IMG/VR virus record: IMGVR_UViG_3300033273_000460
Span: 43,771 to 107,770 of that record
Reading direction: 5' to 3' (one strand)
Length of the DNA stretch: 64,000 nucleotides
From: a virus
Positions within the stretch are counted from its first letter, which is position 1; the number at the start of each line of letters is the position of its first letter. The position numbers were made by a program, and so were the translations under genes. Below are positions 27,743 to 37,205 of the stretch, piece by piece. The notes beneath the pieces are model-generated. The model did not search any database and was not told the DNA's origin. It saw only the letters and a program-made list of their open reading frames with translations.

Positions 27743-30622
27743 ATGGCAATCATTCTTAGAGCAAGTAAAAGTGTTCCACTTACGTTTACTGAAATGGACG
27801 GAAACTTTAGTGACCTTAATTCTCGTACCACAACACTTGAAGGTGCACATATCAAGAATGTAAATGGTGTTACTGCCAACAGTAGCAATGCTATAACAAT
27901 AGATACAGATGATGTTGGCGAAGGTTCTACCAATCAGTATTTTACAAATGCAAGAGCAAGAAGTGCTATCAGCATCACTGATGCAGGAGGCGACGGAAGT
28001 CTTAGTTACAACAGCAGCACTGGTGTAATAACATACACAGGTCCTAGTGCAGCAGAAGTAAGAGCACACATCAGTGCAACTAGTGCGTCTGGTGTTACTT
28101 ACACAGCCGGCACAGGTGTAATTGCACTTGCTAGTATACCAAACAGTAGTATCACAAACAGCACAATTACAGTTGCAGGTGACAGTGGCAGCACTGCTAT
28201 AGACTTAGGCGATACATTAACAGTAACAGGTGGTAGTGGACTTGAAACCAGTCAAAGCGGCGATACTTTAACAATAGATGTAAGTGCAAATGGTATCAAT
28301 GATACACACATTGATTTTGGTACAGGCGCTAACCAAGTAAGCACTGCTGATCTTCCAGAACAAACTAATTTGTATTACACAGATGTTAGAGCAGATGCAA
28401 GAATTGCTGCAGCTAATCTAACAGATCTTAATGATGTAACCTACAGTTCACCAACCACAAACTATGTGTTGACATGGACTGGTAGTCAATGGGAAGCACT
28501 AGCAGCACCTGGTGCAGCAGGCGGTGAAGTAAACGTAGGTATCAACGTAGGCGGCTACAATGAATTGTTCAAAGAAAAAGCAGGCGTTGAATTGCGTTTC
28601 CGCACAATAGATCATGGTGATAATTTAAGCATCACACAAGGCACAGACACACTTACAATCAACACAGTTGCAGCGCCAGAGTTTGGCAACATCAAAATTG
28701 GCGGCAACACCATTGAAAATATTAGCACAAACAGCAACATTGCATTGGTGCCAAATGGCACAGGTGTTGTAACCACAGACGGTGATCTTCTACCAGCAAG
28801 TGATAGCGCATATGACCTAGGTGCAGTTGGCACTGAATGGGCAAATGCATACATTGATGATGTAACAGCAACAAACTTAACAGGTACGATACAAACAGGT
28901 GCACAGCCAAACATTGTTAGCATTGGTGCACAAACTGCTAACATCAACATGAACAACAACAAGCTCATCAATGTTACAGATCCTACCAGCGCACAAGATG
29001 CAGCAACCAAAGCATATGTTGATTCACAACTGCAAACACAAGACACACTTCAAGAAATTACAGATAATGGTGCAACCACAACAAACACCATCACTGCAAA
29101 TGGCTTTACCACAGATGGATTGACTGTTACAGACAACAACATTCAAACCACAAGAAGCAACGACAACATTGTGATGTTGCCAAATGGCACTGGTGTTGTT
29201 GAAATGCGCAGTGCTGTGGCAATGAGCACAAACAAAATTACAGGTGTAGGTGATCCAACCAGTGCGCAGGATGCAGCAACCAAAGCATACGTTGACGGTG
29301 CATTGTCAAGTGGAACAACAATCTTCACACTGCAAGCAGACAGTGGATCAAATGACACAGTGCTAACAGGTGACACTATTGACTTTGAAGGCACAGCAAA
29401 TGAAATTGAAACAGTTGTAACCAGTAATAAAGTTACTTTTGGATTACCAAATGATGTAACAATTACTAATAACTTAACCATTGGCGGCAACTTTACTGTA
29501 AATGGTACAACCACAACAGTAGACACAACAAACTTAAACGTTACAGACAGTTTGATTAGACTTGCAGTGGGCAATGAATCAAGTGATACACTTGACATTG
29601 GTTTTGTTGGACACTATTATGATGGTGCAAACACATCACACGCTGGTTTGTTCCGTGATGCCAGTGACGGCAAATTCAAAATGTTCAGTGCATATGATGC
29701 TGAACCAACTGCTAACACAATTAATATTGCAGATCCGCTGTTCAGACTTGCAACACTACAGTTAGAAGCACTTGAAATAGGTGCAACAGATGATCCAAGT
29801 TTACACATTCGTGGTTCAAGCATCAGCACAGTAAACACAAACCAAAATCTTACCCTAGACACAGCAGGCAGTGGTGTTATTGAACTTAATAGTATTACAA
29901 ATGTTACAGGTGATGTAACCCTCAAAGCACAAAGTGACCTACGCTTTGCTGATAGTGATAGTAGTAATCATGTTGGTTTCCAAGCACCTGCTACAATAGC
30001 AAGTAATTTAATTTGGACGCTGCCAGATGATGATGCCAGTGTAAGCGGTTATGCACTAGTTAGTAATGGATCAGGTGTATTGAGTTGGGCAGCGGCTGGC
30101 GCAGATGTTTCTGCAGATGCTAGTACAAACACAGATTTCAATGTATACTTTGCAAGCACTACCAGTGGCGTACTTACTGCAGTAAAATATGATACAGCAT
30201 TGCACTACAACCCAAGTACAGAAACACTTACAGCAACAAACTTTGATGGTGTTGCTACCAGCGCACAATATGCTGACTTGGCTGAGATTTACACTCCAGA
30301 TGTGGATTATTCACCAGGCACAGTTGTAACCATAGGCGGTACACAAGAAATAACTGCAGCAAATCACAACACACAATATCTAGCAGGTGTGATATCAACT
30401 GCTCCGGCTTATTTGATGAACAGTAACGCAGATGGACAAGCAGTTGCACTGGTTGGTCGTGTTCCGGTGCTGGTTGTAGGTGCGGTAAATAAAGGACAGG
30501 CTGTTTTTGCAGCAGACGGTGGTGTAGCAAGTACAAATGGACAAGGACCTATTGTGGGTATTGCGCTAGAATCAAGCAGCAACACCGAGGAAAAACTTAT
30601 TGAATGTTTGTTGAAAGTATAG
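27743..30622 (+). CDS. Tail fibre protein with C-terminal intramolecular-chaperone autocleavage domain (peptidase G2-like)
   Basis: PLTFTEMDGNF N-terminus; two DPTSAQDAATKAYVD repeats; C-terminus SAQYADLAEIY...GVISTAPAYLMN...ALVGRVPV. Confidence 0.8.
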   Translation: MAIILRASKSVPLTFTEMDGNFSDLNSRTTTLEGAHIKNVNGVTANSSNAITIDTDDVGEGSTNQYFTNARARSAISITDAGGDGSLSYNSSTGVITYTGPSAAEVRAHISATSASGVTYTAGTGVIALASIPNSSITNSTITVAGDSGSTAIDLGDTLTVTGGSGLETSQSGDTLTIDVSANGINDTHIDFGTGANQVSTADLPEQTNLYYTDVRADARIAAANLTDLNDVTYSSPTTNYVLTWTGSQWEALAAPGAAGGEVNVGINVGGYNELFKEKAGVELRFRTIDHGDNLSITQGTDTLTINTVAAPEFGNIKIGGNTIENISTNSNIALVPNGTGVVTTDGDLLPASDSAYDLGAVGTEWANAYIDDVTATNLTGTIQTGAQPNIVSIGAQTANINMNNNKLINVTDPTSAQDAATKAYVDSQLQTQDTLQEITDNGATTTNTITANGFTTDGLTVTDNNIQTTRSNDNIVMLPNGTGVVEMRSAVAMSTNKITGVGDPTSAQDAATKAYVDGALSSGTTIFTLQADSGSNDTVLTGDTIDFEGTANEIETVVTSNKVTFGLPNDVTITNNLTIGGNFTVNGTTTTVDTTNLNVTDSLIRLAVGNESSDTLDIGFVGHYYDGANTSHAGLFRDASDGKFKMFSAYDAEPTANTINIADPLFRLATLQLEALEIGATDDPSLHIRGSSISTVNTNQNLTLDTAGSGVIELNSITNVTGDVTLKAQSDLRFADSDSSNHVGFQAPATIASNLIWTLPDDDASVSGYALVSNGSGVLSWAAAGADVSADASTNTDFNVYFASTTSGVLTAVKYDTALHYNPSTETLTATNFDGVATSAQYADLAEIYTPDVDYSPGTVVTIGGTQEITAANHNTQYLAGVISTAPAYLMNSNADGQAVALVGRVPVLVVGAVNKGQAVFAADGGVASTNGQGPIVGIALESSSNTEEKLIECLLKV

Positions 30623-30626
30623 TATA

Positions 30627-31286
30627 ATGTCTGAACAGGGTAAAAATATGCAACCAGAAAACAAAAAACCACAAACACCACTAAAAGAAAACAGCGGCGT
30701 TATGATGGAAGGACACATCAGAATCTTTGATCCTGAAACTGGTGAAGACATTGTAAACAAACGCAATGCCATACACTATGAAAATATGAGTGAAGCACTT
30801 GCTCTTAGTGTATCAAACAAAACCACAGGTTTTATTCATGAAATGGCGTTTGGAAATGGCGGTACCAGTGTTGATCCAACAGGCGTTATAACATATTTGC
30901 CAGCAAACAGTAGTGGTGCAAATGCAAGTTTGTACAACCAAACATATTACAAAGTAGTTGACGACAACAGTAGTCTTAACACAGACCCGGGTCGTAACAA
31001 ATTGACAGTTAATCATGTAGCAGGCAACATTTACACAGATATTGTTGTAAGTTGTTTGCTTGATTACGGCGAGCCTAGCGGACAGCAGGCTTTTGATAAC
31101 ACCAGTAATTTCAATGAAACTTATACATTTGACGAGTTGGGATTGAAGAGTTGGGTAGGGACAGTGAACACAGGAAAACTGCTTACACATGTTGTTTTCC
31201 ATCCAGTCCAAAAAAGTTTGAACAGACTTATACAAATTGATTATACAATCAGAATTCAAACACTAACGAATTTAAGTGCAGTATAA
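30627..31286 (+). CDS. Conserved virion/baseplate structural protein (tail-collar-like)
   Basis: EMAFGNGG...FDELGL...LTHVVFHPVQKSLNR; lies between fibre genes. Confidence 0.6.
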   Translation: MSEQGKNMQPENKKPQTPLKENSGVMMEGHIRIFDPETGEDIVNKRNAIHYENMSEALALSVSNKTTGFIHEMAFGNGGTSVDPTGVITYLPANSSGANASLYNQTYYKVVDDNSSLNTDPGRNKLTVNHVAGNIYTDIVVSCLLDYGEPSGQQAFDNTSNFNETYTFDELGLKSWVGTVNTGKLLTHVVFHPVQKSLNRLIQIDYTIRIQTLTNLSAV

Positions 31287-31306
31287 TGTATAGTTATATT
31301 TGTGGC

Positions 31307-31313
31307 ATAAATA
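31307..31313 (+). promoter_or_regulatory. Late promoter ATAAATA
   Basis: Intergenic; followed by TGGAG SD and ATG 31340. Confidence 0.6.
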
Positions 31314-31339
31314 ACATAATAATGTGGAGTTAAAGAAAC

Positions 31340-32794
31340 ATGGCATATACAGTAAATAAAACCAACGGTGCTGTATTAGCAACAGTAGCAGATGGTACAA
31401 TTGATACCTCAACTGACCTAGTACTTATAGGTAAAAACTATGCAGGTTATGGTGAGTTCCTAAACGAAAATACTGTTAAACTATTAGAAAATTTTGCTAA
31501 TACCAGCGCACCTAGTTCACCACTAGCAGGTCAATTGTGGTGGGATACAACAAACAGTCTACTTAAAGTTTACAATGGTAGCAGTTTCAAAACAATTAGT
31601 GCAAGCACAGCAAGTGCTAGTGAACCAACCAGTAACGTTACAGGTAACCTTTGGTGGGATACCACAAACGGACAGTTGAAAGTTTACAATGGTAGTAGCT
31701 TTGTTACAATTGGTCCAACTTTCACTGCAGCACAAGGCACATCAGGTGCTATTGTTGAGACTGTTACGGACAGCGGTGCAACAGATCATGTTGTTGTTAA
31801 GTTATATGCAGGCGGCACAGTAGTTGGCACAGTCAGTAAAGATGCTCAATTTACTCCACAAGCAGCTTTATCAGGCTTTGCAACAATCAGCCCAGGTATC
31901 CAAGTTAGCACAACAGTAAGTGGTGCCAAATTCCAAGGTACAGCAACAGATGCAGATGCACTTGGCGGCGTTGCAGCAGCAAACTATTTGCGCAGTAATG
32001 CAAACGACACCACAAGCGGTACATTAGGTGTATTAAATGACACAGGTCTAAGCATTGGTGTTGATCAAGACTTAACAGTAAGTGTAAGCGGAAGCAATGT
32101 ACAAGTTAAAAACGTAACCACAGACGGCGACATCATCTTTAATGTAAATGATGGTGGTAGCGACACAACTGCAATGACAATTGATGGTGCAACATCAAGA
32201 GTCACAGTGGCAGGCGATCCAACAGCAAACCTTGGTGTTGCAACAAAACAATATGTTGACAACTCAATCAGTGCTGGTGGCGCAACAAGTCCACTACTTG
32301 CAGATGGTAGTGTACAAATCCAAGGTGTGCTACGTCCAGATGGTAGTGGTACACGCGACCTAGGCACCAGTGGTGCTCCTTTTGCAACCATTTACGGTGA
32401 ATCAACTTCAGCACAATATGCTGACGTAGCGGAAATGTTTGCACCTGATGTACAGTATGCGCCCGGTACAATTGTAGCACTTGGTGGTGCTGCAGAAATT
32501 ACAGCAGCCAATGATGAACTTGCCGAAGATGTATTTGGTGTTATCAGTACAAAACCAGCATACTTAATGAACAATGCACTAGCAAACGGACAACCAGTTG
32601 CTGTTGCAGGTCGTGTGCCGGTTCGTGTTGTTGGACAGATAAATAAAGGTGATAGACTAGTAAGTGCAGGTAACGGCCTTGCAAGAGCAGCAGCCGTTAG
32701 TGAAGCAAATTCATTTAATGTTATTGGCCGCGCACTTGAATCAAAGACAACTGTAGAAGAAGGCACAGTGGAAGCCTTTGTCACTATTAATTAA
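31340..32794 (+). CDS. Short tail fibre / baseplate-tail fibre connector (gp10-like N-terminus) with C-terminal autocleavage domain
   Basis: LIGKNYAGYGEFLNENTVKLLENFA; two GxLWWDTTN..LKVYNGSSF repeats; C-terminus SAQYADVAEMF...GRVPVRVVG. Confidence 0.78.
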   Translation: MAYTVNKTNGAVLATVADGTIDTSTDLVLIGKNYAGYGEFLNENTVKLLENFANTSAPSSPLAGQLWWDTTNSLLKVYNGSSFKTISASTASASEPTSNVTGNLWWDTTNGQLKVYNGSSFVTIGPTFTAAQGTSGAIVETVTDSGATDHVVVKLYAGGTVVGTVSKDAQFTPQAALSGFATISPGIQVSTTVSGAKFQGTATDADALGGVAAANYLRSNANDTTSGTLGVLNDTGLSIGVDQDLTVSVSGSNVQVKNVTTDGDIIFNVNDGGSDTTAMTIDGATSRVTVAGDPTANLGVATKQYVDNSISAGGATSPLLADGSVQIQGVLRPDGSGTRDLGTSGAPFATIYGESTSAQYADVAEMFAPDVQYAPGTIVALGGAAEITAANDELAEDVFGVISTKPAYLMNNALANGQPVAVAGRVPVRVVGQINKGDRLVSAGNGLARAAAVSEANSFNVIGRALESKTTVEEGTVEAFVTIN

Positions 32795-32808
32795 TCGGAG
32801 AATAACAA

Positions 32809-33747
32809 ATGGCATATACATCTGGTGATACCATACTAGACGATCACTACAATGATTTTGCAACAAGCGTTAATGCAATATGGGGCACAGGATCAAGTGT
32901 TCGTGGTTATGGGCAAAGCAGTACAGTAAGTAGTGTCAGTGCTGGTACTACAATTACTGCTACACAATGGTCCACGCTATTAGATAGAATAAGAAGCATC
33001 AGTGATCACCAAGGCAATGATGCCAGTATAACAATTGACACAGTGACAAATCCTAGTGCAGGTAACACAATTAGTGCTTTTACAACACTTAGTACAGATA
33101 TTGGAACAATTGATACCAGTGCTGCAGCCGCAGCAAATGCCGCAGGTTTTGGAACTGCAATCACTGATACAGCAGCTCTTTCTACTTCACTTACAGGAAC
33201 CATTACACAAACTGACACACTTACATTTGCAAGTGCAGATGCAATGCGTTATGGTTTTAATGCAGGTGGTAAAATTGAAGTTAGTTGGAATTTAAGTGGT
33301 GGTACTGCAGATGACAAGTACAACAACTGGGTTGCACTAGCAACTGCATGTGGTACATATCAAATTTTTGCAAACACCAGTGGTAAGTCAGGTGGTAGTG
33401 GATCTCCAAACGTCAACCTTACCGATGAAGGTTTCTATGACATGAGTACTAGTGCAGTAGCATCCTTTAGACAGTATGAAGATACAGCACCTTACACAGC
33501 CAGTTATATCCAACTTAATACTCAACTAAATGCTGCACCTGGCAGTGCTACAGTGATGACACTGACCAGTTATTGGGTTGATGGCGCAGCAGATCAAACC
33601 AGTTACAACAAAAACATCTACAACGTGCTTGATCAGGTTGATGGTACAAAAACAACAACATTCAGTTGGTACCCACCAGCAACCACTTATCTTACAGCAA
33701 CGTGGGGAACACCTACTTGGTCAACCACAGTTAACTCACACGCATAA
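32809..33747 (+). CDS. Virion structural / fibre-associated protein
   Basis: MAYTSGDTI..DHYN..GYGQS; Thr/Ser/Ala-rich; last gene of the structural operon. Confidence 0.6.
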   Translation: MAYTSGDTILDDHYNDFATSVNAIWGTGSSVRGYGQSSTVSSVSAGTTITATQWSTLLDRIRSISDHQGNDASITIDTVTNPSAGNTISAFTTLSTDIGTIDTSAAAAANAAGFGTAITDTAALSTSLTGTITQTDTLTFASADAMRYGFNAGGKIEVSWNLSGGTADDKYNNWVALATACGTYQIFANTSGKSGGSGSPNVNLTDEGFYDMSTSAVASFRQYEDTAPYTASYIQLNTQLNAAPGSATVMTLTSYWVDGAADQTSYNKNIYNVLDQVDGTKTTTFSWYPPATTYLTATWGTPTWSTTVNSHA

Positions 33748-33768
33748 GAGTCAAGCACATAAAATAAA

Positions 33769-33797
33769 TTGACAGGGCCGCAAGGCCCTGTTATAAT
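33769..33797 (+). promoter_or_regulatory. Perfect sigma70 promoter TTGACA-17-TATAAT (extended -10) heading the modification cluster
   Basis: TTGACA gggccgcaaggccctgt TATAAT gagtac ATG(33804). Confidence 0.85.
33772..33791. terminator. GC-rich hairpin ACAGGGCC-GCAA-GGCCCTGT; probable intrinsic (possibly bidirectional) terminator
   Basis: Perfect 8-bp stem with a GNRA tetraloop at the end of the structural operon; A/T-rich flanks, with the better U-tract on the minus strand. Confidence 0.6.
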
Positions 33798-33803
33798 GAG
33801 TAC

Positions 33804-34118
33804 ATGGAAAATTTAGAACAATTTGCAAAGCAACGTCTTGACTGGAATCGTCAACGACTAACACTGCACGAATCACAACAGGCAAGATTGACAGTACCAC
33901 ACAATGGTGGACTGTTCACTGTAGACATGACACTGTTGGTGTATTTGCGTACATCAACTGTTGACACTTGCATACTAGTAGACAGTTATGGAAATCCTGT
34001 GCAAGTGGATGTGCAACAACTGCTAGAACTGTGCGAACAGCGTTGGCAGGAAGTTCTCAATGATTGGCACAATCAATATCAAGAACTCAAACGCATAAGA
34101 AAGGTAGAACAATTATGA
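33804..34118 (+). CDS. Hypothetical protein (possible fibre-assembly factor)
   Basis: 104-aa ORF directly after the promoter; ATGA coupling to the next gene. Confidence 0.7.
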   Translation: MENLEQFAKQRLDWNRQRLTLHESQQARLTVPHNGGLFTVDMTLLVYLRTSTVDTCILVDSYGNPVQVDVQQLLELCEQRWQEVLNDWHNQYQELKRIRKVEQL

Positions 34119-34294
34119 GTGATGGACCATTTACATCAGAATTTGATATAGATCTAGAAGGTGTGGTAAGACGTGAATTAACTACATATCGTTATGTAGA
34201 CGGTATGATGCGTATGGAAACTGTTACAAGAGTATACACTGGTAATGACTATAACGACAGTAGTGCAAGTATTCCACTACCGGAGATCAAATAA
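34115..34294 (+). CDS. Small hypothetical protein (59 aa, MSDGPFTSEF...)
   Basis: ATGA overlap with the upstream stop supports a start at 34115 rather than 34064. Confidence 0.7.
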   Translation: MSDGPFTSEFDIDLEGVVRRELTTYRYVDGMMRMETVTRVYTGNDYNDSSASIPLPEIK

Positions 34295-34461
34295 TGGAAC
34301 CAGTAGATCCTAGCAAAAAACATTTTTATATCAGTATGGTAAAAAGTGCTATACGCATTTGTGCTGGCGGAGTCTTGTGCTTTATGGGCAATGATTTCTT
34401 AATTGTTACTGGTGCGCTCATAATTGCAGCAGAAGTATTAGGCATAGCGGAGGAACTGTGA
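34294..34461 (+). CDS. Small membrane protein (55 aa)
   Basis: Not in the ORF track: MEPVDPSKKHFYISMVKSAIRICAGGVLCFMGNDFLIVTGALIIAAEVLGIAEEL; TAATG and GTGA coupling at its ends; two hydrophobic segments. Confidence 0.75.
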   Translation: MEPVDPSKKHFYISMVKSAIRICAGGVLCFMGNDFLIVTGALIIAAEVLGIAEEL

Positions 34462-35240
34462 GCAAAGGATGTCTACTGTTAGCAACCAAACATGAGTCAA
34501 TTGATTATATTGGCATGGCCAAACTTGCGGCTGCACTGGTAGAAAAACATCTCAACATACACACTCACATACACATTGGCGAACAAGTAGAAGGCAATGT
34601 GCGATCGTTTCGTTGGGAAGATGGTACTGTAGAAAACGTGCAATGGTATAACAGTGATAGGCCATGTGCATTTGATATTTCTCCTTTTGAGGAAACACTG
34701 CTTGTAGATGTTGATTATCTCACATTTAATAACAGTCTAGCAGGTGTGTTTGGTAGTGACAATGAGTTCTTGTGTTATGACCGTGCTTGGGATGTCACGC
34801 AAACAGGCACACTCAACAACGAAACCTTTATGACACGCAATGGTCTGCCCATGTTGTGGGCAACTGTGATATACTTTCGTAAAACAGAACTAGCACACAA
34901 CATATTTGAAACTATGAAGATGATACAAAATTCATGGGGATACTATAGTAAACTTTATGGATTTATGGGAGGAAAATATCGCAATGATTTTGCTCTTACA
35001 ATAGCACACCAATTAATGAATGGATATACCAACAACACATGCACATTTGATCATGCTCTTGCAACACTGGGTACAGAAGATACAGTGTATGGTGTGCGTG
35101 ACAATCAACTGTTGATACGCTATAGACATGGTGTAGAACAAAATGCACTACGCCTACAAGATACAAATCTACACTGCATGAACAAACGTTGTTTGCAGGA
35201 TGAACAAATACTAGAAGGACTGTGGAAACTTGCAGCCTAA
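34458..35240 (+). CDS. GT-A-fold glycosyltransferase-like protein
   Basis: ISPFEETLLVDVDYL (DxD), WATVIYFRK, YRNDFALTIA, HCMNK. Confidence 0.6.
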   Translation: MSKGCLLLATKHESIDYIGMAKLAAALVEKHLNIHTHIHIGEQVEGNVRSFRWEDGTVENVQWYNSDRPCAFDISPFEETLLVDVDYLTFNNSLAGVFGSDNEFLCYDRAWDVTQTGTLNNETFMTRNGLPMLWATVIYFRKTELAHNIFETMKMIQNSWGYYSKLYGFMGGKYRNDFALTIAHQLMNGYTNNTCTFDHALATLGTEDTVYGVRDNQLLIRYRHGVEQNALRLQDTNLHCMNKRCLQDEQILEGLWKLAA

Positions 35241-36045
35241 AAACGGACAGGGCTTTTTAACCTTTGCACACAACACACCAGATGTTGATTATGTCAACAT
35301 GGCATATCTGTTGGCATTGAGCATAAAGCGCAGTTGCAGTATCAACAACTTCAGTGTTGTAGTTACAAAAGGCACAATGTTAACAGATGCACAACGTGAT
35401 GTATTTGATCATGTGATAGAAATACCTACCACACCTCTATTCTACAGCGAGTGCCTTGCTTGGAACTTGACACCCTACAAGGAAACATTTAAACTAGAAT
35501 GTGACATGTTGGTTCCGCGCAGCATTGACCATTGGTGGAGTGCATGTAGACTCAGTGATGTAGTGTTAACCACATGTGTTAGAAACTACAAAGGAGAGAT
35601 TAGTGACAACAGGTTTTACAGGCGTTATTTTGATGCCAACAATTTGGTTGATGCTTATAATGGGTGTGTGTATTTTCGTTTCTCACAAGATAGCAAAACG
35701 TTTTTTGATACAGCACAATCTGTTTATCAAAACTGGGATCTATATCGCGACAGGGTGCTGGTTGGTAGTAACTATCCTAGTGCTGACACAGATGTTTGTT
35801 TTGGTGTTACCGCAGCACTTTTGGATATATTTTCCTGTACTCTGCCATTAGACTTTCCAACTTTTACACACATGAAAGGTGCGATAAACGGCTGGAAATC
35901 ACACATGGACTGGCGTGATGCAGTGCAATGGCACATTGATGATGAACACAATTTGTTTGTTGGCGGAGTTGCACAACAGTATCCTTTCCACTACTACCAA
36001 AAAGACTTTTGTACACCTGAATTGATTGCACACTATGAGTTTTAA
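35230..36045 (+). CDS. GT-A-fold glycosyltransferase-like protein, paralog of 34458
   Basis: LTPYKETFKLECDML (ExD in place of DxD), YNGCVYFR, DTDVCF, FTHMK. Confidence 0.6.
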   Translation: MQPKNGQGFLTFAHNTPDVDYVNMAYLLALSIKRSCSINNFSVVVTKGTMLTDAQRDVFDHVIEIPTTPLFYSECLAWNLTPYKETFKLECDMLVPRSIDHWWSACRLSDVVLTTCVRNYKGEISDNRFYRRYFDANNLVDAYNGCVYFRFSQDSKTFFDTAQSVYQNWDLYRDRVLVGSNYPSADTDVCFGVTAALLDIFSCTLPLDFPTFTHMKGAINGWKSHMDWRDAVQWHIDDEHNLFVGGVAQQYPFHYYQKDFCTPELIAHYEF

Positions 36046-36313
36046 CAACAAATACGGACTAGAATTTAGAATAACCTACAACGATGCAGGAGAACTAACC
36101 AGCGACAAAATTACTGCACGACCAGAAGAGGTTTGGGAACAGTCATATATAGTTGTAGAAGAACATTTTAGCAAACGACCTGGTCACAGAGTTGTAGATG
36201 GTTCTCTCGTAGAAATTGATACCAGCATACACATATATCACAAACCTGCACGTGGTATATTGATCAACAACAATCCATATTTTTGCAAAGAGGAAATCAA
36301 TGACGCAAGTTGA
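36035..36313 (+). CDS. Hypothetical protein
   Basis: ORF overlapping both neighbours; ATG at 36035. Confidence 0.6.
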   Translation: MSFNNKYGLEFRITYNDAGELTSDKITARPEEVWEQSYIVVEEHFSKRPGHRVVDGSLVEIDTSIHIYHKPARGILINNNPYFCKEEINDAS

Positions 36314-37205
36314 TGTAGCAGATCTAGACTGTATATTTCTCACCTATTATGAACCCAAGCGAGAAGAGTTTTGGGCACAGATCAGCAACATGGTGCCGTG
36401 GGCAAAACGTGTTGATGGTGTTAAAGGATCAGATGCAGCACACAAAGCAGCAGCAGATGCCAGCGACACAGAACGTTTTGTGTTAATTGATGGAGACAAT
36501 TTGCCTGAAGAACGTTTCTTCAATTTGGTTCTTGACATACCAGAAAACATGGCAGACTGTGTGTTCCGTTGGAAAGGACGCAATGACATCAACGGATTGA
36601 TGTATGGCAATGGTGGACTAAGTTGTTGGACTAGAGAGTTTGTCAACAACATGCGCACACACGAAAACACAGATGGCACAGATGCTACACTGGTAGAGTT
36701 TTGTTTTGATAACAAATATCTTCCAATGAACAATTGCTACAGCACCAGTTACCCCAACGGTGATGAGTATCATGCATGGCGTGCAGGATTTAGAGAAGGT
36801 GTTAAACTGTGTTTGGACAGAGGTGCAAAACCTCCAGTGGACAACTTTCCGTGGAACCTGCACCATGTCAACAGAGATCACTTGAGCATTTGGCATAACA
36901 TTGGACGTGATGCGGACTATGGCGAACATGCTATCCAAGGTGCACGTTATGGCACATACAAACTTATGTGTACAGAGTGGGATTGGACTGAAACACAAGA
37001 CTTTGATAAACTAAAAAACATCTACGATGAATGGCAGCAAGACAACTGGGATCAAACCATACTAGCAGCACGTCTTGGATTGGAGATACACGAATACACT
37101 GCAGAACAAAGTGCATTCTTTAAACATCACATGCAACGCACCTATCACGAACATGATGCAATGACCACAGAAATTGAGCTGATACGAAAGGCAGAAGGTT
37201 GGTAA
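36300..37205 (+). CDS. GT-A-like glycosyltransferase (phage family)
   Basis: RVDGVKGSDAAHKAAA...FVLIDGDN (DxD), YGNGG, AWRAGFREGVKL; paralogous to the C-terminal domain of 56614. Confidence 0.62.
   Translation: MTQVDVADLDCIFLTYYEPKREEFWAQISNMVPWAKRVDGVKGSDAAHKAAADASDTERFVLIDGDNLPEERFFNLVLDIPENMADCVFRWKGRNDINGLMYGNGGLSCWTREFVNNMRTHENTDGTDATLVEFCFDNKYLPMNNCYSTSYPNGDEYHAWRAGFREGVKLCLDRGAKPPVDNFPWNLHHVNRDHLSIWHNIGRDADYGEHAIQGARYGTYKLMCTEWDWTETQDFDKLKNIYDEWQQDNWDQTILAARLGLEIHEYTAEQSAFFKHHMQRTYHEHDAMTTEIELIRKAEGW

Noticed and set aside
4158-33218. Many 60-165 aa ORFs antisense to or nested in the structural genes (e.g. 4610..5062, 8346..8840, 28612..29046, 29143..29598)
   Set aside because: Shadow frames of long, codon-biased genes; no motifs, SD or promoters, and fully overlapped by well-supported CDSs.
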